Shown one piece after another: positions 36,863-48,275 of a stretch of 64,000 nucleotides of DNA. The notes below the pieces were generated by a model that did no database searches, was not told the origin of the DNA, and was given only the letters and a program-made list of their open reading frames with translations. The stretch is from Microthyrium microscopicum. Taxonomy: Eukaryota. The stretch lies in the NCBI GenBank assembly GCA_010405405.1, contig MU004242.1, forward strand, positions 283,751 through 347,750, read 5' to 3'. Each line of letters opens with the position of its first letter. The stretch's first letter is position 1. The translations under genes were made by a program, and so were the position numbers.

Positions 36863-37777
36863 CTAAACCAACAAAGGCAAAACCACCAATACCAACAACC
36901 CCCAACTCAAAGACTTCATCCCCATCGCACCACCCGTCCCAACATCCCTCGTCCCCAAATACAAACCCCCTATATCAGTCAACCTCCCCTCGCCATCCAA
37001 CATCGCCGCCCCCGGCCCAACCCAATTACTCACACTCGTCCTGTACGTCCCAAAATACGAATATCTCTCCACATCCGCCTGCCCATCCAACCACTTCAAA
37101 CTCTCATTCAAAAACGCTCCCGCATCACCCACACTCCCCTGTGGATACGCAAACTCCGTCACCCACCACTTCACATTCCCACTGCCGTTGCCAAACGTCG
37201 CCCTCATACTCCCAACATACCCAGCCAACCCACCAAACCCACCATACCAGTGAATAGGAAAAAAGTCTACATCACAATTCCCACCACAAGCCTTGAAGAA
37301 CGCCTGCAACCACAGAATCCCGGCGCCACTGCCTACTGTTGCTGGCGCACCGAGTTTGACGCCTAAGGAGCGGAGTGGCTGCATTTCAGAAATCCAGATC
37401 TTCGCTGCGTCAGAGGCGGATATGGCGCTTCCGCCTGTGGAAGTTGCGCCGTCAGGTTCGTTGAAGCCTAGAACGTGCGTTATATTCATGCCGCCGTCCT
37501 TCAATCCTTTGACGGTGTTGTAGAAGGTGCCAGAGGAGGGAGAGGTGGTGGGTGCACCCCAGAGCATGGGTACGTATTCATATTTCGTGTTTGATAAGGA
37601 GGGCGTGGGATTGGAGCCGAAGTTGTAATACCAGGTAAGATCAGTGTTTTTGCTGGCCCATGTTTTGTCGTCGGTGGGGGAGGTTTTGCTTCCTATGTAG
37701 ACGAGGCCGCGCTTTGGGGGGGTGGCGTGGGTTAGATGGCTTTGGCAGAGGAGGAGGAGGGTTGTGGGGAGATGCAT
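36863..37777 (-). CDS. GH128 beta-1,3-glucanase-like protein, probably GPI-anchored
   Basis: Signal peptide, KRGLVY, WYYNF, EYVPMLWG, LGFNEPD, PIHWY, WVTEFA, VERYSYFG, hydrophobic C-terminus. Confidence 0.92.
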   Translation of the reverse strand: MHLPTTLLLLCQSHLTHATPPKRGLVYIGSKTSPTDDKTWASKNTDLTWYYNFGSNPTPSLSNTKYEYVPMLWGAPTTSPSSGTFYNTVKGLKDGGMNITHVLGFNEPDGATSTGGSAISASDAAKIWISEMQPLRSLGVKLGAPATVGSGAGILWLQAFFKACGGNCDVDFFPIHWYGGFGGLAGYVGSMRATFGNGSGNVKWWVTEFAYPQGSVGDAGAFLNESLKWLDGQADVERYSYFGTYRTSVSNWVGPGAAMLDGEGRLTDIGGLYLGTRDVGTGGAMGMKSLSWGLLVLVVLPLLV

Positions 37778-38477
37778 TGTTGGTGGTGGAGCATTTGGTT
37801 ATGAAAGAGGTTGGAGTTGGGATATATGCTTTTAGGTTTATAGGGTGGATGTATTGTGGTACTAGATATAGTGTGGCAAGTGCTAAGGCCCAATACTTAG
37901 GAGCTCCTGCTATGGTTCGTGGGATGTATGATTTGATATCGATACTATCATGATGGTGTCGTCATTTGTACAAGGAATGTGGCAGTTGCCAGTGCTTGGT
38001 ATTGAAACATATCAATGGTTCAAATGATACTCATTTGTGTTATACGAGAGGTAATATACTGAAGGGCCGTTAAGCGTAGAGTATCAGGAACATGGTGCTT
38101 AGAAGTTGTCAAGATACAGAACCAGAAAAATCGCCCGACAATAAAACGGAAGTGACGTTTAAATGCTAGGTAAATGAGGAAATGATCTGCGTACTTCCTT
38201 GAGTACAAGGCACGAGGCTGAGGGCACGATTTTTCTTCAACATTCGTTTTTTTTTGTACATGGGGCCTTTTAAAGCGTTATCTTCAATGGTACCTCTTTG
38301 ACACAAGCGAGTTTTATAAGTCCCACTAGTATTTTGGTTAGGAAAGAAATGAAGACCAGATATTCGTTAATTATATACCACCGCAATGTATATCTACATA
38401 CTCTAATAGGTATATGCACACAGCACCACGCTAAATACTTTCACTCATCACATATGCCATAACACATAACAGTGTCT

Positions 38478-40170
38478 TTATACCAGAAGCATCACAGATC
38501 CACCCAACATAGCCACAAGCACAGCCACGCCAGTGAATATTGTGCCAACAAATGCTGTCGGGGGCGACAATTGTCCAGCACCATTGGTTTTGCCACTGCC
38601 ACCGCTTCCGCTTCCAGAAGATGCTGAGCTGGTAGCTGTGCCGAGATCGAATGTACCGCTCGTAGCACTGGCGACAGTGGAGGAAGCTCCACCGGTAAAG
38701 CCACCGAGGGTTTGAGAGATTTGGCCGGAGTGAGTCTGTACAGCTGTTCCGGAGGCGGTGGATGTTGCGCCCGGGATGGCGTCTGAGGCGGTAATTTGCT
38801 TGATGTTGGTGTCTTTCACGTTAAAGTTGGTCTCCGCGAGAGCGACCGTATTGGCGTCGAGGTTGTAGACAACGTACGCAGATCGTAGGAAGGTGTCTCC
38901 GAACAGATTAGGATCCTCACCAGATGGGAGGATACCCCATTGGCAGGCTGTAGCCCCGCTCTTAAATTTGGGCGCAGCGCCTAGGGATGGATCGAATGGG
39001 ATGACGAATTGGCTGATTTTGGCAGCGATGACGGGACCGTTGGCGTTGCCGAATTTGAATTTGAAGATGCCTGCGGTGTTGCCAACGTTACAGTCGACGA
39101 TGTAGCCGTAGTTCTGGCTGTTTATGACGCCGACTCCGCCAATGATGGCGTTGGCAATGTCGTCGGGGAGATAGGTTAGGGAAGTGCCGCTGTCGAGAAT
39201 GACTGGGGCGGTGGAATTGACAGAATAGACGGTTTTGCCACCGTTACCATCGATCTCGAGACCAGAGAAGGTAACGGTGAAGGTATCAATGATACCGCTA
39301 TCAGAATCTACTTGCAATGGCAGCACTACTAGATTTCCGTTGAATTTAGCATCGTCAACTCCGCCAAAGAGAATGTTGCCTTGCGTGGCGGCTATATCAC
39401 TGTTAGCTGTGCAGACTGAATGAAGAGCGCATGAACTTACACAAATCGTTGAGCCATAAGCTGTAAGCACGAACGCTGATGACGTTTTGCGCGACCATTT
39501 GAGAGATGATGTTGGGATATGTTTGTCCTTGGCTTTGAGAATATAGAGCTTCTCCATTGTCGAAGCCAACACCAACAATGCCTTGGAAAGGAGAGCTACC
39601 AGATGAATTTGGAGAAGATGATTTCTTAGCCAGTCCCATGGTCATATTCTTAATGCTGGCGCCAGCGATTGAAAAGGTATCGTTGACATAGTCTCCCTGA
39701 ATTTTTGTGCCGTCGACATATCCTATTTGAAATTCACCGGCGGCGTATTCGACGAAGGTTGAGGACTTGGTTTCGTCAAAGGACCCGCTGGAGCAGACAC
39801 TGCCTTTCGCGGTACAGACTGTAGATTTGGCCCATGGCACCTAGTATCAATTAGTAGTGTATCAACAAGCATAGAGAAGTTCGCCACTTACCCAAATGTC
39901 ACTGCTGCCAGTGTCCAGCTGCAGACCAATGTTCTGACCAGGAGTTCCCACAGTTGAATTGACGAGATAGAGAAGAGCTCCCTGAGAGTTGTATAGGGTA
40001 GCTTGAGCACTGCTCGCACGTTTCCGTAAGCGGCTCGGTGGTAGAGTTGAGGGGTCTGCTCTACGCTTCTCAAAGGTCAGGCCAAGCACACCTGGCTCAG
40101 CAACCAAGCTCTCTGGGTACAACGACAAGGCCACTAGTAGGAGTGTGCGTAACGAATAGGAAGTAGCCAT
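38478..40170 (-). CDS. GPI-anchored aspartic protease (yapsin/OpsB-like)
   Basis: Signal peptide, RLRKR pro-site, catalytic DTGSS and DSGTS, LFGDTFLRSAYVVYNL, Ser/Thr/Gly stalk and hydrophobic tail. Introns 39841-39891 and 39392-39440. Confidence 0.95.
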
Positions 40171-41027
40171 GATGACAAGCTTTGTGAGAATAGATTAAAA
40201 GCACTATAAACAGCGAACAGTGCGCTATAAGATGAGCCCTATAAGGCGAAATTGAAGATCTGAGAGTGATTGAAGGAGGGATGAAGGAGAGAGCAAAACG
40301 TCACTTCCCCAAGTACTTAAAGCAGATCCACAGTCCACTGAGCCCAGGCAGCATGAAAAAGAGGCGCAGGAACAAGAAAAAAGAGTGCTAAAAGCGGGAG
40401 AGTTGTGCAAGCAAAGCAGTCAATTTTCGGTCTAAAAATGGAAAGGAGTTGCCTCTGCGCGAGTCAAATTGCGTTTCAATGACATTTGCAAACGCTGCTG
40501 GGGCCAAATATCCAGCCGGAAGCAAGCCATTCGGGCTGTGCTTAGGCCAAATGACATGGATCAGGGGGCCGAACTAACATCTGGCGCCTGTTCTGCTGGC
40601 TGGAACATATGATTAGATAAGATGTTCATTCCTACAGTACTAGATCTTTGTGCTACCTTCTCATAACAGACTTTGCTTCACCAGATGGTCGCTTTCATAG
40701 GCCATCTGAGGATATTTAGGATCCGATTTGCGCAGCCTCTTTTGCCGAATAATGTTTGCCTGGATCAAGTTTTCAGATCTTGTATCGTTTAGGACTAGTT
40801 TAGATATTATGGACCAAAAGCTTCAGCCCATGCTCTCCACGTGACCCGCCAACTAGAAATCGCATGGATTCCAAGATTCCAGATCTACGGAATCCGCTAG
40901 CTCCATTAGTACTAGCTTTGTTTACGCTTCAAGACCTCACGTCAACATCTCTATTGATCCACCACCATTTTTGTCCTCACAACCAACGCCGACCACCCTA
41001 TTCCTGCTGCCTCCAGTAATAATCAGC

Positions 41028-43329
41028 ATGGCTACTACCGCAATAATATCTCCTACCATTACTGAATTATCTCAAGTATGTTTCCCTTTAGTTGTGATGC
41101 TAGCACGACCTGACCAGAGAATAGTACAAACAAGCCCTTGACACTGCCAACCTTGCAGTCGACTATGAACGAACCTGCCACCAAGTAGAAGCCATCACGC
41201 AACAAGAAGCCCACCGGAAACTACGCGTACAAATTCTGCTTCTCGAAGACGAAATCCACCAGATAAATGATCAATTGACTACCGAGCAAGAACAAGGAGA
41301 AGAGCTACATCAACAACTCGATACAGCCAACGACCAGTGTGCAGAACTGGAAGAGGACATGCAACAATTGAATCAATCGGTCCGAACGAAAACCGCACAA
41401 TTGGATACTTTGAAGGTTTGTGTGATGAATTTGGAAGCGAGAACAGCTGCTTACACGCACCTGCAGGCAGAATTATCAGCCATGACCACAGCATCTTCAG
41501 ACGCGACGAAACTACTGACCGAAAAGCTCGCGCTCTCTCGTGAAATTACTCTCTTGAAACCCGAAGTCGAATCCCTACGCGCCCAAGTCCGCTCCCAATC
41601 GGAGATATTATCCGAAAAGCTCGCCCTAGAGCGCCAGCTTACAACCACACAAGTCGAACTCGAGAATGCTCAACGAACAATCGAACGAAACGCTGCGAAA
41701 GAGGCTAAGAACCATGATCGTACCGAATACGAGATCCAGTTGGATGAGGCACATAAGGAGATGTTGGAAATAAAAAAGGAAAAGAAATTGGCTGAACGAG
41801 AAGTTGAGCGGTTGGCTTCAGAGTTGGCTACTGCTCAAGATGGTGTACCTGCCACCACCAAGCAAATCGCGAAAGCCGCCACGAGTGCTGAGATGAGGGC
41901 TCAACTTGATGACCTCAAAAGTGAGCTCCAAGAGGCAATCAAAGCGCGTTCAGAGGCCGAGAAGCAAATTGAATCATTGAACAAGAAATGGGAAGAGGCG
42001 CCATCGATATCTGAAAAGCCAGTCAAGATGACAAAGAAGGAAGAGAAACTCACAGAGCTTCGGTCACAGATCTCAGATTTGAAGGACCAACTCAAAGCAG
42101 AAACCAAAGCTCGGCAAACTATTGAAGCGGAAGCTGAGAAGCTGAAATCATGGACTGTGGAAAGCAAAGAGCCCACAGGTACTGTCACGGTATCGTCCGA
42201 AGTAGTGGAGTTACTAGAATCACAAATCGATTTGCTTCGAAAAGACATGCAAGCAGAAAAGAAGGAACGCCAAAAGGCCGAACAAGCACTTGAAAAGGAG
42301 TCCATGGCCTGGCAAGCCCAAAAGTCCCTCCTAGACGACAAACTCGACGCTTTCCGGACGAAACTACGCTCTACCAAGGAGCGACTCAAGGAAACCCAAG
42401 AACAGCTGAAACAAGCAAAGTCCACTGCTCCAGCACCCGCGGCAGACAAAACCGCCCGCAATCCACGCAAACGCGGCGCATCCCATCTCGACGAGTCCTC
42501 CATTGGCACGCCTGGTGATGGTGCCCAAGCAGCCAAGCGCAACAAGCGCGTTGGCTCTCTCGTGCACGCTGCGCCAGGAGACAAGTCAAGCTTCTCCATC
42601 ACACCCTTCCTGAATCGCACCATGAGTCTTGCGCCAGATACACCCGAGGAGCCTGCTGAAGAACCGACGAAAGTGCCCACTATCACCCTCGAGCTACCCG
42701 CTGAAGCTGTTGACTCACCGTCAATGGTCACCAAGAAGGCTCGCAAGAATGTCCGCAAAAACAACAAACCCCTCTCCCAAGCATCGACCAGCAAACACAA
42801 CGCCCGCCCACGCAAATCCGCCCGCGCACCAACCCTCGAGAAAGTCCTCGAAGAGCCCAGCGTACTAGAAAATGACGCACCTTTACCCGTCCGGGAAGAC
42901 CCACAGCGCGACTCAACCACAAACCTGGTCCCTGATGCTATCATCGCAGAACCCACACAACTATCCACCCAAACATTACCTACGCAAACACTATCAAATA
43001 CAACCCTCAAACTCAAAGCACCAACCAAAACATCCTCCGGCGCCCGCAAGTCCCTCGCCTCCTTCGCAACATTCACCGAAGAGCCAACGCAAGAAAAGCG
43101 CAAAAAGCGCAAACTCGGCGCCGGAACTACAAAAACGCTCTTTGACGAGGACGACGAGGACAAGATGCCAAGCAAACCAATCCCAGGGCGTGGACTATTC
43201 GGTGGAGCGAAAGCGTTGGCGAGGCCATTTGTGTTTGGTGCAAAGAAAGGCAGTGGTGGGATGGCGGCCGCGGATGTGTCGTTCGCATTTAGTCCGTTGA
43301 AGAAGGATCGGAGAGTTGGATCTAAGTGA
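41028..43329 (+). CDS. Long coiled-coil protein with a basic, disordered C-terminus (likely nuclear); family not recognised
   Basis: Exon 41028-41075, intron 41076-41124, probable in-frame intron 41416-41466. Heptad-rich region with a repeated LxEKLALxR motif, KRKKRK NLS-like stretch, TP/SP sites, FSPLKK near the end. Confidence 0.85.
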
Positions 43330-43393
43330 TTCGAATAGACGAAGGTTTGGGAGGGCAAGGCGAGTCAATTGTTTGATGCATTTGCATTGTTTG

Positions 43394-44637
43394 TTATTCT
43401 AGCGGTTTCAAAACTTCGCTTTCATCTGCTATTTCCTTCCTGCGTAGTGCTACGAAATATGCTTCTCGTGAATCCTATGCTGCGTAAGAAACCCATCAGA
43501 AACTTTCAAGTATTTGACAACTTACCTTCCTCGAAGCCTCCGGTTTCTCACGATGAACCTTCTCAAACAGCGCCTTGAGCCGTTTCTCCAAATTCTTATC
43601 ATCGCCACCACTATAATATTTGCACAAAAAATGTCCACCCGTCCGTAACGTCGTGAAGCAAAATGATAGACCAGCCATACAGAGATCCTAACAAACCCCC
43701 ATATATCAGCTCAAGGGGCTCTGGGAAAGAGGGATAGTCATACCATGCTGCCAAAGTGGTCTTTTGAGCCATTGCCGGTCGTGTTCAACATCCTACGATA
43801 CGGGTCACTAATGCTTCTTTGCCAAAAGCCCGTTGTCTGGTCCCAGGGAGCGCACATGTCACTTAGCACCACATCAACCACCCGTCCCGCCTGTTCATCG
43901 CGTGCGCGCAGCGAGAGTTTCTTCTTCGTTTCCTCCAATTTGCTATTGTCTTCAGTGCTGAGATGCGCGCTGCGTTCCATCGCCATGTAGCCCACGTCAC
44001 CCTCAGCTACCACACTGTTCGTCTCGTTCACAGCTTCCATGGGAGGTGGGTTGTTTGCGCGGTGGCCTACCGGACGCCCGCGGTCGGGATCGAGGAGGTA
44101 GGCGCGGACTTCTTCTTGGATGGCGGGAGAGAGGAAGTTGCCTTGGATGGTGGAGACGCCGCGAGGTGGTTGCGCGGGGATGATGTCGATGCCGACGACG
44201 CGGCCGTTTGGGGAGACACGGTCGACGGCGACTTGAGACCAGGAGCCTGGTGCATAGCCCTATGAAAAAAACTTCTAAGCTTTGTTATGGCTCGGTGCGG
44301 TGCAAGTTTAACGTACGAGATCAACGACGGTTTGGCCCGGTTTGAAGAGACGGTATTTCTGGTTCATCTGTAGGCATCAGTAAGAGGTCTGGGGAGGTTG
44401 AAAGGAGAAGGCAGATACTTCAAGAAGCTTGAATGCTGCTCTGCTTTTTAGACCTTGGACTTTGGCTTCTTTGCTGAAGCGGTCGTTGACTTGGCGGGTC
44501 TTCCATCTTGTGGATGAGGAGCTCTGGCGCAAACCACCCCGTGGAAAAGCACAAGCTATGAAGCCATTGTATGATGTACGAGTACAGCTGACAGAAGAGC
44601 TGTCAATCAGCGTCTTGAGTATGCGATTATGAAGCAT
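43394..44637 (-). CDS. MRM2: Mitochondrial LSU rRNA 2'-O-methyltransferase (FtsJ/RrmJ family)
   Basis: N-terminal presequence, DRFSKEAKVQGLKSRAAFKLLE, YAPGSWSQV, GIDII, IQGNFL, VVLSDM, GHFLCKYY, KPEASRK|DSREAYFV. About 5 exons. Confidence 0.92.
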
Positions 44638-44846
44638 TCAGCGAAGTAAATGGGGCATGGCGAACTCGAGTTGAGATGGTCAGAAGTTTAGTCAAAGGTA
44701 AGGAGTCGCGATGTTCCAACAGGGCAAAACCACGCGATCACCACGTGGATTGAAGTCAATGCTTAATGACGTTCAACTTCATGTCATTCTCGATTCGATA
44801 TCGAAAAGATCTAAAGTTCAAATAAACCTCATGCCCATCAATCACA

Positions 44847-45675
44847 ATGCCTTTAAACAGATCAATAATAAACCCAGCTCTCTACACCCGCGTCCGCGAA
44901 ATATGGTTTGCTGGCATGCCCAAATCCGCAACCAGTCCACCACCCGCTGTCATGAATCGATGGTTTCCGCGCGATCCAAGAGCCAAAGAAGAGTTCGACG
45001 CCGTCTGTAAATCCGAATTCGATTCTGCTCTTACAGAACTCGGGCCCACCAAAGACAAGGAAATACTCGAGCGAGATTTGGTACAAGAAATCGAGGTATG
45101 ACAGAAGAACGAAAAAAATGCTTCATTATGCTCTATATATTGTTGTATGAAAATCTAATCTTCCCCGCTGACGTATGCAACTTATATAGACGCAACCAAA
45201 TGATGTAGACACGGCGAATACTGCCCTCTCTCTCATACTGCTCCTCGATCAGATCCCACGTAATCGCTTCCGCACCAAGGATACGCTGCCTCTGGTCTAT
45301 GGTCACTACGACAATCTGGCACGATACCTCCTTGCGCGTATACTAGCCAAAGAGCCGCGTGCAGATTTGCATGAGATGTGGAAGTCTAAACCAGCGTACA
45401 GGAGCTGGTTTTACCTGCCGCTGGAACATTCGGAAGACTTGAAACTCCATAATCAATGCCTGAAATATATGGATGATATGAAAAATGATGCAGAAGGTGA
45501 TGAAGCGGCGCTCATGTATATTGGTATGGGTCGCAAGTTTGAGGAAGAGCATAGGACGATCGTGGAGCAGTTTGGACGGTATCCATATAGGAATGAGTAT
45601 ATGGACAGGAAGAATACTGAGGAGGAGGTGGAGTGGTTGAAGACCGGGCAAACGTTTGGCGTTGGTGCAAGCTGA
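44847..45675 (+). CDS. DUF924-family protein
   Basis: RWF..EFD..CKSEF, ALSLILLLDQIPRN, WFYLPLEHSEDL, H..IVEQFGRYPYRN..R.NTEEE. Intron 45096-45189. Confidence 0.9.
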
Positions 45676-45732
45676 TCTCCATCTATCCATATGCGTTTTT
45701 CCAGTTAGAGGTAGCACTCAGTGATGCGGTTT

Positions 45733-47505
45733 CTAGCTACTTGCACGTAGCAATGGCTTATCGGCGGAAGGCGAGTCATCCTCGTCTTCAGAATCGTCTG
45801 AATCTGCGAGAATGAAGTTGTCGACTTGCAGACCAGCCTGGCTGACAGTTCTGCGCGGGTCCATGGGAATCGTTTCGCGCATCTCGTCTTCTTCTTGCGC
45901 AGTATTGCCGAATCCTTCGCCTTCAACCAGCCAGTAGGACGCAACGTGGCCGGGTACAGCAAACAAAGCCATCAGCCACCAGGGAGAAATCATCCAGTTA
46001 TTATCAACGCCCCAGGTGAAGGCTCGGCCAGCAAAATAGGGACCACAGGCTCTTCCAACTGCCGCTAAAGAGGTTGCGACGCCGTTTAGAGTTCCAAGAA
46101 GAGCTAGATCTTTGGCTGAGTTGGTGAGAAGGATTGTAATGCAAGGGAAGGCGAACACGCCGGACATGGCGCGAAGGAGAGCGACAGCGAGGATAGCGCC
46201 TTGTTGCATGAGGGGTGTTGGCATGAGGACAGTAAACGGGGTGATCATGTAGAAGATTGGGAAGAATATGGTGCAGACGCGGAAGCATTTCAAAGGTCTA
46301 TTTGCACGATCAGCAAACGAACATACACATGGATTGATCGGAGTCAACTTACCCATACTTCAAAGTTACCTTCGGAAAGATGGTGAACTGGCATATCATG
46401 GAGAAGATGCCAAAGATCGAAAAGATAATGCCTATCCGACCAGACTCCAATCCAAATCCACCATTGAATCTGAACGGCAACTCAACTCCTTCCCGCTGGA
46501 CTGGCAAATGCATAAAAACAGACAGCAGCTGATCATATGCAGTAGCATGTAGCGCCAAAATGAAATACGCAAACAGCATCAAATTCGACTGTCCAGCAAA
46601 AACCTCTCGATACGACGGCACCCTCGCCTTCTCCGCCTTGTAAGTCTTCGGTATATTCGACTCAAAGTCATCCGCCGGCCTCAACGAATCTTTGCGATTC
46701 TTCTTTGCAAATAGACCGACCAGCTTCGCGCCCAGTTGTCGGCCATAGTCCCTCTGATGCCGTTTTGACGCCAAACTCTCGTGCAAGAACAGTATTCCGG
46801 AGACTATTCCAAACGTAAAAATAACCCCATTCAACAAATTCGGCAACGCATACGGAAACGTCTTAAAAAACCGACTCCCCCCAAAAATCTCCGGGAAATT
46901 CGTCGCCGGACTCGCCAACGCACCACCCAATATCGGGCCCAGTATACTACCAATCTGCCACACCAGCGGCAATGTCGCAAACGCTCGTGGCTGCAATGCC
47001 TTTTGCGGCACCATCTCCGCCACCACTGTCCGCAAGATGCCCACATTCCCATTACTTGCACCTGAAAAAGCTCGTGCGACGATACACCAGGCCAAGGATG
47101 TCGAGAAGCCGAACATGAGGGAGGAGGACATGGCGCAGAACATGGCGAGCATGATGATGGGTTTACGACCGTATTTGTCAGAGGCGCGGCCCCAGGGGAT
47201 GGCGGTGAGACATTGGGCTATGGAGAAGACGGCGGAGATTATGCCGGCCCATTTGGCGACTTCGTTGTGGGGGATGTTGAAGGATTCGATCATTTCGGGG
47301 AGATAGGGGAATACACCTGTCAAGGCGACCTAGGGAGCATTGTTAGTTGTCTCTCTAGAGGTTATGGATGGCGAGATTGGGGAGGTGTATTTACTGGTTC
47401 GGCGAAGCGACATATTGATAGGATGGTTAGCTGTGTTGTTGGAAGTTTGGCGGTTGGGACTGTATGTCGCTCGATGCGATGCCGTTCCTGCTTTTTGGAC
47501 GACAT
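45733..47505 (-). CDS. MFS transporter (ZIFL/YCR023C-like)
   Basis: ICRFAEP, WGRASDKYGRKP (motif A), SNGNVG, GSILGPILGG, PYALPN, LGTLNGVATS..RACGP. Two introns. Confidence 0.92.
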
Positions 47506-48275
47506 GGTGTTATGATGCTATCTCATTGTACGAATGAGCCGTTCGTTTCCAATTCTAAGCTCTTGCGTTCCAGAACCCAAGTCGATGACTCTACTGGTTT
47601 ATGAGAGAATGACGTGAAAGGCTCAAAGATCACGAAAGCATAAGATGGAAGTATGTATGTAGTCAAAAAGAATCACGAATTCAGTGAATCAGTCAAACCC
47701 CCCCAAAAATCTATGAGGCAATGCCATCCCAAATGCACCATCACCAGGATTAAAAAATGGCGGGGGACAAGCACCGGCAGAATTTCGCCCAGCGACAAGA
47801 CAGCGACAAGCAAGCGACAAGATCAAAGATTGCTGCATCTGCATGACAGTGGGAATTCGAATGCTTGTGGTTGGTTGGATGCATCGTCACTGCTTGCCTG
47901 TTTGGTGTTGGTGCCCGGAATCGCGGCATCCAGTCCCGAGTTCGCTTTTGCTACATACATGGCGGTGTCTCTTTTATTATTTTTGGGAGAAGATTCATAG
48001 CTAAAGTCTTGGGATGTGGACTTGTAAAGAGACGAGATGTGGTGATAGAGGCGGGGACAAGACTGACTCGACGTTGTGCCCCTCAATGAAACTGTCATCA
48101 GGCTGAGCAACAACAAGTTTACCTCTGGGTAACAAGAGAGAGGTTGACAAGGATATTTGATGCGAGGACGGCATCGACACATGGGCGCTAATACACTGTC
48201 CCGTCTGTTCCTTATGCTTGTTTCCACAACATGGCATGGGTCTAAAGCTTATATTCTGTATTGGTTCGTAGATGA

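Noticed and set aside
41901..43358. 485-aa antisense ORF
   Set aside because: Shadow of the coiled-coil gene. It is Ser/Phe/Arg-rich as expected from reverse-complemented Glu/Lys codons and has no motif.
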